A stretch of DNA of 58,958 nt, the filler included, from Basidioascus undulatus (Eukaryota): assembly GCA_000826855.1 (NCBI GenBank). It is 5 parts of 5 records of this genome, joined end to end, with 100 filler letters (N's around TTAATTAATTAA, not from the genome) between each part and the next. Parts side by side here need not be neighbours in the genome. Positions count along the whole stretch, not along the records: positions 39,070 to 48,965 come from JTLS01001199.1; positions 49,066 to 58,958 come from JTLS01001200.1; 3 more parts are not named here. One strand, given 5' to 3'. The notes below the pieces were generated by a model. That model was not told where the DNA came from. It ran no database searches and saw nothing but the letters and a program-made list of their open reading frames with translations. Shown in pieces: positions 47,752 to 58,958 of the stretch; within the stretch, counting starts at the first letter, position 1, and each line of letters starts with the position of its first letter. Made by a program: the position numbers and the translations under genes.

Positions 47752-48965
47752 GCCGGTTGCTATGCATTTTGCGCAACATGTACTCTAGTGTATGCGTGGT
47801 TGCAACTGCCGGCCAGACTAGTCGACTACACAATTGCCTCATCCTCACTTGACAACGTTCTCTAGGGTGCAGCACTATCTCAAGCTCCCGCGGGATTTGC
47901 TCCTCAGCGCCTCCAATAGCTCCAGATGTATCTTATCCGAGTCAGTAGATCGCAGGCACAAACAGACTAGAGGTTGCACAGCCCTCTGAGGCTCGTGGAG
48001 CCTCGACAGCCCTAGACCTGGGATATTCAGTAGTCTCGACGCCAGTTTTCGCTCAATTTGTCCGTTCTGGTTTCCGTACGACCAATCCAATTGAAGGAAA
48101 CAAGATGACCACCGGATCATCAAAGTGGCTGTGGGTCCACTCAGTCGTTTCGGGCGAGGCCCGAGGTACTGCAGTGTTGCATAGGCGACCCGCAGAGCTT
48201 TTTTCTCAGCAGGGCTCATGAACCATTGTACCATTGTTGTAAATCGTACTAGCTTACTGTTGCAGGTCCTGTTAAGGTGATAGAGGGAGAGTCCGATATA
48301 ATTGGTGAGGGTCAATGCATAGCTGAGGAGCAGGCAGGCTGCGTACTGCGTTGCGCTCGCAGTTTTCGAAGTGAACTCCTCGACCATGGATTCACATGCA
48401 CACTTCCTTGTTCTTCACAAGGGCTTCATGTCTTCCTAGACCTACCTACTCACCCCTCAACCAGAGCGTAACCGCCTCGCCTTCCTTTTTCCTTCCACGT
48501 CTCCCCCTCCGCACAGTCAGCCTTGACAACACGCCCTGCGACCGCGCCCGTCCGCTTCCCAAAGATCTATGCGCTCATCATAATTCTACAATAATACAAC
48601 AACAACCCACGCACTCATTCCGCTTCAACCTCCATTCCACCCCAACCTCCACAATCCGCCTGACCTTTCCCCCCATTTCCTGCCCGGTGTCACCCCCCTA
48701 CCGCACCCCCAAAAAATACCACCACCCCGCCCCCGTCCCTGCTCCTCAGTTCATCCAGATCGAACGCATTCACCACCTGACCGAGCGCGACGTCGAGGTG
48801 CTCGAACGCGAGCCCGAAGACCTCGCTGGGCGGGCTGCCGATTCCCACGCTCGGGGAGGTGGTGCGCGTTGGGGAGGGTAGAGCGTGGGGGGAGAGCGTC
48901 GCGTGGAGGACGCAGGAGCAGGCAGAGGAGGGCGGGGTGGGGAGGCGTGGGGAGAGGGGAATGTG

Positions 48966-49065
48966 NNNNNNNNNNNNNNNNNNNNNNNNNNNNNNNNNNN
49001 NNNNNNNNNTTAATTAATTAANNNNNNNNNNNNNNNNNNNNNNNNNNNNNNNNNNNNNNNNNNNN
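48966..49065. other. Artificial contig linker
   Basis: N44-TTAATTAATTAA-N44. Confidence 0.98.
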
Positions 49066-50540
49066 AAGAGGAAAGGGGAGGGGGTGGGGAGATGTGGGAG
49101 GAGAGGGAGGTGAGGGACGCGTGGGATGCGGCGAGTAATCGGAGCACGAGCCCGTTGCAGGAGAGGAGGGGGCCGGCGGGAGGAGGGGTGTGAGGCGAGG
49201 GCGTGGGATCCGCATTGCATTTTCGGGTCTTGGCTTGGGGTTCATCGTGCGCTTTCGGAACGAGGACGGGAGGACCACTACACCGACCCCTTGGTGGCCG
49301 CGCTTCGAGCACTCACCGCTTGACCAGCGTTCGTGGGCTTCCGTCCACCCACTTACTCGCACTCGATCGATCACCCTCTACCCGCAGGGTTTAAGACCGC
49401 CCGCCGACTTGGATTGGGGATTGTGGGCGATCGCTTTTCGCTCGCTCACGATCTTGCACCTCGTCTTCATCTAGCTATCGGACCTCAAGCGTCTCGATTC
49501 TTGTCTTCTTCTGCGGGGTCCTTCTTCTCCGGGGTTCAGGGGCCGCTCGCGAAACTCGAGTGTGAAACACACCGACCGAAGCCCATCCTATCCAACTCCT
49601 CGTCTCGTCCTCGTTGCCATCGTCTCGCGTGTCGCGTGCGCCCGGCTCAAAGCTCAGTCGAGTCTCGAAGATGGGTCTTCTGTGAAACTCACATCCCGCG
49701 GACAGTCGGCAATACTCTGACCTATAAAGTTCTTCACGGCTGATCCCTGCAGGGTTTTCGGTTCATTCCTCCAAACGCAAGCCCAATATCGGCTGGACAA
49801 TGGGCCTTTCCAAATCTCGGTTCAGGTTGAAGCTGCTTCGGCTGTGCGCATTTGTGAGGTGCAGGTCTTCTCGGAAGGAATAAGCCTTTGCGCAACCCCT
49901 CATGAAGCCGAACACCCTTTTTAGATAATATTTCTAAATATCACATCGGGGCTAAACTACGTCGATGCGAAGCTGGGGACTTCAGTGCTTTCATAGTGGA
50001 CCCGTCGCAGGTTGGGTGTGAGCAATTTGGCACTCCGAGTAGCTCCCCCAATGACACATTTTTTGGGATATTGTGAAAATGAATCATCGGAACCGACTTC
50101 CACCGTGTACGCGTCCCCTCCACTGCTCAAGTTGCCAGTCTCCACCCTCCCTCGGCGATGCCGTGGTCCCCGAGCATGGGCTCGATGCACTCGCCAGCAT
50201 CTCGCTGCGTCATCCGATGAGTACTCCACCTCTTATCGCCAGAATTTTCGTAATTGTGTTTGGCACCCATTCATGTGAAAGGTGAAAAGACTGCCATTGT
50301 ATTAATGCTGAGAGAGCGAACCGAAGACTACTTGTGGCTCTGTCAGCAGCGACGAGCACGCACGATTGTGCGGCCACTGGTAAGAAATGGCCCCGCTACA
50401 CGCCTACCGCGCCTGCGTCCACTCATCGCTAACTGAACTCTTGGTCGGCTACCGAGTGCCTTTGTCAGAGAAAGCTTTAGCGAACGGGATGCGGTGATTG
50501 CGTTACGCAGTGGAGGTTGCTGCGGCGGCGGCAGTTCGAC

Positions 50541-50546
50541 TATAAA
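50541..50546 (+). promoter_or_regulatory. Candidate TATA box
   Basis: TATAAA in GC-rich context, 66 nt upstream of the MFS ATG. Confidence 0.5.
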
Positions 50547-50606
50547 GCCTGCAGCGGCAGTGTTTCAACTTCCTCACCTACACTCTCAACCAAGTCCCGA
50601 GCAACG

Positions 50607-52984
50607 ATGAGTGCACTCTTTAGGGAAACCGTCGTCGGCCAGGCCGTCAATTACCTCTCCTCCGGCCGCCTGCTCCCTTACCCCGACCAACTACCCGACT
50701 GGACATTCCCCCGCGCGCCCTCCGCGTCCGACTCGAACTCCCGCTCGCGTCCGGCCTCCTCGGCGATCACGCTGGCCGTAGAGTCTACACTTTCCTCCAC
50801 CGAGAAGTGCGACGAGGAGGCGGACCCCTCGAAGGAGCTCGACGCGTCGCAGTCCAAGGAGCTCGAGCTCGGCAAGGACCCCTTCCTCGTCGGCTTCGAC
50901 GGGCCAGAGGACCCTGACAATCCCAAGTGAGTTCTCTTCGCCCATTGCACGCAGAAGAGAAAACAGCGGCTGATGCGGTGGGCGCTCTTACAGGAACTGG
51001 AGCGTCGCCAAGAAGGCCTGCGTCACCTTCACCATCTGCCTGCTCACCTTCTCCGTCTACATCGGCTCCGCAGTATACACCTCGTCGATCCCGGCCCTCA
51101 TGGAAGATTTCGGCGTATCACAAACCGTCGCGACTCTCGGACTCTCGCTCTTTGTCCTGGCATACGGAATCGGCCCGATGGTGCGTTTCCTCGCTTTCTC
51201 CTCGCTCCCAAAGTTCGAAGCTGATGGGTGCGCCTTCAATCTCACAGTTTCTCTCGCCGCTCTCCGAGATCCCAATCGTCGGGCGCAACCCCGTCTACAT
51301 CGCGACGCTCCTGCTCTTCGTGGTGCTTCAGATCCCCGCTGCACTTGCGAAAGACATGCCCTCACTGCTCGTCTTGCGTTTCCTCACTGGCTTCATTGGC
51401 TCGCCGGCGCTTGCGACGGGTGGGGCTTCGCTCTCAGACATGTGCGTTATCTCGTCCCAGTCCCAGCTGTTTCAAGCTGCTTACACTTTGCGGCTATCCA
51501 GGTTCCGCGAACAGCACCTCCCCTACGTTATTGGCCTGTGGGCAATGGCCGCAGTCGCAGGCCCAGTGCTCGGCCCCGTTATCGTGCGTCCTCCGTCTCT
51601 GCCTCCCCTCCCAATCTCGCCCGCTAACGCATCAACCTTTTCACAGGGAGGTTTTGCGGCCCAAGCGAACGGCTGGCGCTGGCCGCTCTGGGAGCTCTTC
51701 TGGACCTCGGCCTTCGCGCTCCTCATCCTCACCTTCAGCCTGCCCGAAACAAGCACGCCCACGATCCTCCTCCGCAAGGCACGACGCCTCAGAGCGCGAA
51801 CCGGCGACGCGCGCGTGCGGTCCCAGAGCGAGATCGACCAGGATGCCATGAGCGTGAGGGACATCGCTGTCGATGCGCTGTGGAGGCCTTTCCAGCTTGC
51901 GCTTGAGCCGGCTGTGCTGTTTCTCAACACCTACATCGCCCGTGAGTATGCCCTTGCTCGCATCTTGCCCAAAGCCCCGATACTGACTTCCCACTACCCT
52001 CCCTTAGTGGCCTACGCAATCTTCTACCGTGGGTTCCCTTCGGCACGCCCGGCTTAAACCCCCATGGCCTGCAACTGACCTGTCTTTACGTGGTGTTCGG
52101 CAGTCTGGTTCGAGGCGTTCCCGCTCATCTACGTCGAGAAGGTCTACCGCTTTAACCTCGGACAAGCCGGCCTCCCATTCCTCGGTATCATTGTGTCGGG
52201 AGCCTTGACATTCACCTTCTATGCGCTCTACAACAACTACCACATCGCGCCGATATACGCTCGTGACGGCGGAATCACGCCTGAGAAACGGCTTGAGCTC
52301 GCGCTGTATACCGCGGGCTTCATCCCAATTAGCCTGCTTGTCTTCGGTGCGCATCTCACCTGACTTTCCGTGATCTTTTTCTGATCCCAGGGCGTCTCCG
52401 CTGACCTCGTCCCGTACACAGGCTGGACAGCTAGGGCTTCCGTGCACTGGATTGTTCCGACCATTGGCGCAGCGCTTTACCTCCCCGGGTGCGTGCTGTC
52501 GTCTTTTCACTCTACTGGCCTGTACCGAGCCATTCTTATTTCTTGAATTCTCTGTCCAGGATTTACCTCCTCTTCCAGTGCGCGCTCGTCTACCTCCCAA
52601 TGTCGTATCCCAAGTACGCCGCCTCGCTCCTTGCAGGCAACGACTTCTTCCGGAGCACAACCGCTGCAGGGTTTCCGTATGTGCTCATCTCACACTTTGT
52701 TTACTCCATCAATAATATGCCGATACTGAGTGCTCGACGGCAGGCTGTTCGGCAAAGCTCTGTTTGTCAATCTTGGCATCGGCGGCGGCTCCTCGCTTCT
52801 CGCTGGATTCGCTACTCTGATGATCCCTGCGCTTTGGGTACGTACCTGATTTCGCCTCCATCACATTGTGCGTTAAAATCCTTTGCTTAACCGCTGAACG
52901 TCGTGTCCTTCGCAGGCGCTGATCAAGTACGGGCCTGTTTTGCGCGCTCGTTCGAAGCACGCTTCAACGCGAGGACCACCTTAG
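50607..52984 (+). CDS. MFS drug:H+ antiporter, DHA1 family (FLR1/CAF5-like), multi-exon
   Basis: MSALFRETVVGQ..., VGFDGPEDPDNPKNWS, LGLSLFVLAYGIGPM, SPLSEIPIVGRNPVY, LRFLTGFIGSPALATGGASLSD, GPVLGP, WRW, LPET, PEKRL, YPKYAASLLAGNDFFRS, YGPVLRARSKHA. Confidence 0.95.
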
Positions 52985-55749
52985 AGCAGCATAGGATTGT
53001 ATTAAGCATTGTAGAACTGCAGATTTTTCAAGGGCACATCAAAGTTTCTGCCAGTCACCCTCACGCATCGGTGTGCTGCCTCGATCGCAAGTCGCATCAA
53101 TGCTGGGTGCTGGACAAAACGTAGAATTTCTTCGCACGCACAGCTCACTCAGTCGACGCCTCGCCGTCCATTAATGTTTTATATCCAATTGAGTCTGTTC
53201 TAACAGTTAAACATGAAGTGGCTGGCGGCCAACAAGAGAACAAGTGTCAGGTAGTCAGTTTCAATGTGCACGAATGTCTCCTCACCCTCCTCCTCATGAA
53301 GATTGCACTAATGTTCCCATTTTCTAGTAAGAAGATGAACTCCTTGTTTCGATAGAATTCCAGAAGCTTGAATATGACGCAAACTGAGCTCGTTTGTCTG
53401 CGGAGAAGTTCCGCTACAGGCCCGTCCGCCGGAGCTCGCTAGCTGCTCACTCGCTATCTGCTCCTGGCGACTACTAATCCTTGACTTTCTCTTTTCCAAG
53501 CGCTCAACTAGACTAAAATTCTTCAAGATGACCGTCGGCACCACCACATCGAGCACGATTCACCTGTCTCTAGTCGCCTACAACCACGGCACTGCGGGTC
53601 TTGTCGACAAAACCACCTCCGCAGCGACCACCATCTTCCGAATCCGCCCGAAGCTTCCTCAGAAAGAAGACCAGGCAATCCTATAAGAGCTCCAAGTCCT
53701 CGAGTCCGGGCGAGAGAAAGAGCTGGCAACCCTGACGGGAACGCCCGAACAATCACCTGAGGCGGCGTGTGCACGAGATTGAAGGATATGAGCAAGACGG
53801 ATGCTGGGTAAGTGTGGTCTCTTTTCTGGAGGAATACCACCCTGTCCGAAGGAAGCTTTTCCGCTTTCTGAAGTGGTCAACCATGCGGGAGCTGAGTGGC
53901 GGAGGTTCATACCGCTCATACGAATGGGGCCCCGGCGAGCGACGTTACTGGGTTTCCGCGCTGCGTCCTCTCTCGTCCAGGTCGGTGAAAGTCAAGATTT
54001 GTCTACCCATTCAGCTTTCGAGCTACCGAGGTCTTATCGTCCTCAGTTAACTTTGGCAGGTGCATCGAGCCGGTTCGACCAAAGTGCCCTGCGCCACTCT
54101 TTGCGTGCCCCGGCCACGCATGAGCGATCGGACTAGTGAGGAGAGGAAAAGGACCTGGCCTCGATACTCCTATCCAATGGGAGCTCCTTCCGCTACGGCT
54201 CTACTTTGGCCGCCAACGAGGAAGTAGCATGGCTTTTGCTACTGATACTTCGCCGGGCAGGCAAGCTGTTGGAAGAGCTCGCGAGCGTGAGCCATTATCT
54301 GGTCTTGAACCGATGATCCACTGGAAGCTTATTGCCTGTACGCTATGGCATTATTACCATCCTACCGAAGAGGAGCAGGCGAAAGCGACAGCTATAGCCC
54401 CTGGAGGGACAGTTGCCGGCCTTGTTCTCTGCACCATTTCCTAATCCATTGGGGAGTCCGCGAGAGCGTAGGAAAACAAGGGAAGAACTGGGATAACTTG
54501 ATCCTTATTTTTTCTCTTTGAGGTCTTTCAAGAATGTGTTCCTATGGCTGTATGTCGCTTGTACATTCACGCAGGCCCAGCCGTCTGCTTCTACTTTCTT
54601 ACTGAGAAAACAGCAGACTCTCAAACCGCTCGTGAACTGTTCCGATGTGCGAGATGGGGAGATATAAGAAACCCCTTCTTACACGGAGTTTCTTGTCCTG
54701 AGCTAGGGTCGGAGGGTTCTCAGGTCTCGAGAGTCACTTATCCTGAAAGTCCCTGCGAATTGGTAGCGGCTGTGCCTAGGGGACGAAGACCTATCCTCTT
54801 ACCCCCCAACACCGTAGATAGCATTTACAAACCTTGTTAACCGCTTGAAAGGAACAAACACTACCACAATAAGATAATGCGTTCGCTGTTATAGACAGGG
54901 CATTCTGGTTCTGCCCTGAGCATTCTGCCTTGAGCATTTTCCCTGAGCACCGACTGCCAGCCCGTTCGCGATAAAGAGCGTCTCGTTGCAACCGGAACCC
55001 TTCAGATTCCATAACCGGCCTTTGTTGAACTTGGATTAAAACCTCGGCCTTGCCGAGGATGGTGACTTCTCTCGTTGACTTATATGTTACAGCCGCAAGT
55101 TGAGCTTGCGGGGATTCGAGGAGGGTTCTGGGACAGTTGGCCGCCGTGGCCGTGGACACTGACCGTAGCTTCGGAGCAACTCAATATGTCACCAGACAGA
55201 AAAACGCCATGCTCGTCCGACTTTGGGCAGACGATGTGACGGCACTTCAGGCATTTCAAGCAGTTTGCACGTTGAGACTATGCCGTGCGCTCCGTGTGAC
55301 AGGTCCTTCCGTCTATGCCGCCTTTGTGTGCGAGTTTCAGGGTGTTTACCCAGTCGAAAGGTCATAAGACTATTGACTTGGCCCTCCTTTGTCTGACTGA
55401 ATCATCATTAATACTGTCCGGTCTCGGCGCGTCCGCAACTTTGAAAAGAATGTCACGGCATTCCTTTCATTTCCGCCCGGATGTGCGTTTGTTCCGTACT
55501 CCCAATGAGCCCAGCGGAACTTATCTCTCAGAATCTGCGGACATACTCACACATTGCAGGCCCAGGAACCCATAAAGGAGCGTCAACCGTCCTTCCTCTC
55601 TTTTGATCCCAGCCGACCTCCTTGCGCCCCCACACTCCTTCACGTCTAGCTGCGAAATCTTCACGACTCTCTCCCTGGCGGAGCCCTCACGCCTTCGCAA
55701 CATTCCTTTGGATCTCCATTATTCTCTTTGTTCCACGGTTTTTTCCACC

Positions 55750-57640
55750 ATGACGCTCTTCACAGCCACCCGCACCGCCGTCGTGCTTGTCCTCTTCCTC
55801 TGCTCGACCGTCTCCGCCCACACCTACGTCAACTTCCCCGCTCCACGACGCGCATCCGACAATGGATGGTTCGGCGGCAACGTCTGCGGGTCTGAGTCCA
55901 CGGACGTGCCAACGGAGAACACTTTCGCGCGCGGACAGACCGTGGATGGCCAGTGGGGATGGAACAGTGCGTTTTCAACCTCGCTTTCCCAACACGCGTT
56001 GTAGCTTACGGGGTGCTGTCTCCGGATACGTAGACCACAGGGGCGGCTTCATCAAGTGGTCGATCGTCCCAGGCATTCAGGCCAGCCCCGACATCAACGA
56101 CTTCCTTGCCACCCAGAACGTCCTGCAGTGGAGCTGGTACGTCCACTGTCGCAACGAAGGCTTCTCATGCTCAAGCGGCTCAACATGTATTGACTGCCTT
56201 AAGTTACACCAACAAGTTTGTCCCCGGCGGTTTTAGACTACTTCGAAGCACTTGCTGACAAGAGATTGCTGCAGCTGCGTGATGGACGGGTTTGATCCTG
56301 GCTGTAAGTGGCATGCGTACGCGTATGTGTCCTGCTCCACTTTGACTGAAAGTCTCTTCAATCAGACACGAAGTTTTGCTCGAACTCCTTTACGATTCCT
56401 TCGCACCTCGCCGACGGCGACTACACTCTTGTGAGCCTCCTCTTTACTATTCCGTGACCGCCTTCCTTTCTAATATGGGCCGCTTCTCATCTACCCCACA
56501 GCTCTGGTCACAGGTGAGGGAGTGCTGATAGGCTATATCAGCTTGTCAGAATGCGAACCTCTGACATGTTGAGTCCCTTTCAGTACGGGTCGTACGACAG
56601 GTAAGTCATTGTCCACCTCCGTCGCTTGCTTTAGAAAGGTGCAACTGACCTGCACTTCGGCTTTGGTTACACAGCGACGCCAACCCCAACAAGCTGCTCA
56701 CGATTTACCACACCTGCATGAACGTGCGCATCTCTGGAGGGAGCGCGCTGACGGCCCAGCCGAGCTGCTGGAAGGCGCCGTTCGTCGGCGGAGATATGCA
56801 GCAGATCAACGGACAGAGCGCCGGGAACCAGCAATGTGCTTACAAGGTGCGTTGCTGTCGTTCTCCAATCCTTAAACTCACAGCAAACAAAGACTTGATT
56901 GCTTACAAGAGTCGCTGGAACAACCGAACAGGAGTACACCGCCGATGTTGCGGATCCAAGCCAGTACAACGCCGACGTCGCCGCGACTCAGAACACGGTC
57001 CGTGGCGCCCCTTTCGACCGAAACCCCTTGCACTTCTTTGAGGCTCCCTCCTGATTTTTGTACGGGACGGTTCCAGGCCGATCAAGCGGTCGGCGCTCCC
57101 TCCGACTGGGCGTCGCTGACCTGTTCTTCGTCTGGCGACACTTCGGCCCCGCTCAACTCGACGCCTCCCTCCTCGCGCAATTCCTCCTCTGCGTCTCCGT
57201 CCGGCTCCGTCGGTGGCGGTTCCGGCGATGGCTCGTCCACTCCCTCCTCTCCGTCCCTCTCCACAAGCGCGGCGCCGGCAGGCGGCAGCGGCGACTGGAA
57301 CAACGGTGACTGGAACAACGACAACGACTGGAACAACGACTGGAACAACGGCGGCTCGCCCTCGTTCGACTCAGCCACCCCCTCCGGTGCTGCGTCCGGG
57401 TCCACTCCGTCCCCCAGCGCCACCGATGAGGCAGCTGGCTCGCCGTCTTCTCCGTCTTCGTCGCCGTCGGCCAGCTCCGCCCCCGACAGCGGCAGCGGCG
57501 ACTGGAACACCGACGGCTGGCGGAAGGACGGCTGGGGCAACGGCGGCGGCAACTGGGGGAGCAACGACTGGAGCCACAAGAAGCGGTCGTCCTGGTCGGG
57601 CAACACCGCGCAGCGGCGCCGGCGCCGCCATCGACTTTGA
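55750..57640 (+). CDS. Secreted His-brace (LPMO-like) protein with a Ser/Pro/Gly-rich tail, many short exons
   Basis: 23-aa signal peptide ending VSA, then His (HTYVNFPAPR; codon 55819-55821). Spliced WNNHRGGF supplies a second His. IPSHLADGDYTL and IYHTCMNVRISGG resemble LPMO beta-sandwich motifs. Low-complexity tail. Confidence 0.7.
57290..57575 (+). repeat. Coding GACTGGAACAAC (DWNN) repeats in two clusters
   Basis: GDWNNGDWNNDNDWNNDWNN, and later GDWNTDGWRKDGWGNGGGNWGSNDW. Confidence 0.85.
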
Positions 57641-58491
57641 CGATAGGGGGGCTGTATGACCTTAGTGCGATGCTCGAAGCTGGTCTTCCTTTCATTACTT
57701 TCTCTCTTTCCACTTCACCTAGTTACTTCTCCTTTTCCTGACCATTCTCTGCGAGAAGTGGTAATTGGAGGAGATGCTTTTTTATTTCTCTTTCATAGCG
57801 CAGCGCGCTTTGGAGCTTAGCCTCCCTAGAAATCGATTCATCTTTGTGCCGTTTGCTCTTCACTGAAACGATCGCCCACTGCTGGAAAGCTTCGCAACAC
57901 TGTTGAGAAACGCTTCCAAGTTGGCTGCGCGTAACGTTTGCGTAGCGGGTCGGCATGCGAAGTCTCTTCGGTCGTGGATGTCAAGATTTCGTTCTTTTTG
58001 CCGGAGGTAAACGGTGCATCTTTGTCCCAGAAAATCAGACTGCAGACAGACGAACGACGGTCAGAAAGTGCAGTTGAAATCGATAACAGCGGGATGACTG
58101 TTGCCTGCTCCGCCAATCGTGTCTGGGAGCGGGACAAGGCATTGTTGATCTATGTAGGAAGTGATGGTACAGATGCTAGCAAAGTTATGATGAAAGAGAG
58201 CGAAGTAATAAGGATAGTGGAGCGATGCAATGAGCGTAAGGATCACTTCAAAAGTGATGCGATGACAATCCCAGAACACAAGGCGTATTGCAAATGAGGA
58301 AAATGCGGCGTCTAGGCTGATGAGGAAGGGAAAATCGAAATGAACGTGAGGAGGCGCAGACATCTGTAATCCCGCCCGGCAGACACGATAGCAGTCCACT
58401 ACGCCGCGTCCGTCCGCGCTGTACCGAACGACCCAACGCTGCGGACGCTGCTGCTGCAGCGATCGCGCAGAACGCGCGCGAGGGCGCCCGC

Positions 58492-58935
58492 CTAGTCGGC
58501 GTCGCAGCGGCGAAGGGAGCCCGTGATGGTGGGCGACGACTGGCCGGGGCGGACGCGGCGGGGGAGGAAGGACGGGAAAGTCGACGCGAGCGACGGCGAC
58601 GGCGACGGCGATAGCGAAGGGGAAGAGGGGAACGGTTTGACGGCGACGGGGATGCGGGACGGGAACGTGCCGGAGGTGAAGCCGAGGCGGGGAGAGAAGG
58701 GGAAGCTCAGGCTAGAGGAGAATGACGGCGAGGCCAGGTCGGGCGTGCGCGGGAAGTCCGGGGTGGGCGGGGAGGCGGACGCGGCGGGCGAGGAGGGGAA
58801 GTCGGTTTGGTCGCGCGTGAAGATAAAGCCAAGGGTGGTATGCGAGAGGTTGGTAGAGGGCGGCTGAGAGATGTCCGACGGCGAGGGGGTGTTGAGGCCA
58901 GTGTCGGAAGGCGTGGTCGGCGCCGAGGAGGACAT
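58492..58935 (-). CDS. Ser/Pro-rich hypothetical protein (ORF or first exon)
   Basis: ATG in a gccATG context with GC-rich codon style; no domain recognised. Confidence 0.35.
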   Translation of the reverse strand: MSSSAPTTPSDTGLNTPSPSDISQPPSTNLSHTTLGFIFTRDQTDFPSSPAASASPPTPDFPRTPDLASPSFSSSLSFPFSPRLGFTSGTFPSRIPVAVKPFPSSPSLSPSPSPSLASTFPSFLPRRVRPGQSSPTITGSLRRCDAD

Positions 58936-58958
58936 GGCGTCGCCAAGGATCGCGGAGA

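Noticed and set aside
57082..57713. Long minus-strand ORFs with FQS repeats
   Set aside because: Antisense of the GC-rich low-complexity tail of the LPMO-like gene.

Overview
The window is not one chromosomal locus. It is five contigs joined by an artificial 100-nt linker (N44-TTAATTAATTAA-N44, at 18967-19066, 28971-29070, 38970-39069 and 48966-49065). Four contigs look like GC-rich, intron-rich basidiomycete DNA; a Pucciniomycotina-like host is my inference from gene style. They carry a head-to-head RidA + D-serine dehydratase pair, an Old Yellow Enzyme pseudogene, a truncated dipeptidyl aminopeptidase, an isolated 28S rDNA fragment, a GPI-anchored protein, DPH3/KTI11, an EamA transporter, a DHA1 MFS transporter, a secreted His-brace LPMO-like protein and CpG-depleted repeat relics. 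The second contig (19067-28970, 9.9 kb) is different: intronless, almost fully coding and virus-like. It encodes a divergent, compact transcription/mRNA-processing kit: a short RPB2-like RNA polymerase subunit, a probable RPB1-like C-terminus cut by the gap, a TFIIS-ribbon/capping-enzyme fusion, a VP39-like cap methyltransferase/poly(A) polymerase regulatory subunit, a uracil-DNA-glycosylase-like protein lacking its catalytic Asp, a possible ASKHA-fold protein and an orphan coiled-coil protein. A shared TTTT(G/C)AAAA-type dyad marks gene 3' ends. This looks like a fragment of a divergent Nucleocytoviricota-like DNA virus or a cytoplasmic virus-like element associated with a fungus. Whether it is integrated, episomal or from a co-sequenced organism cannot be decided from this window. 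All family calls come from motif recognition by eye; no database searches were run.
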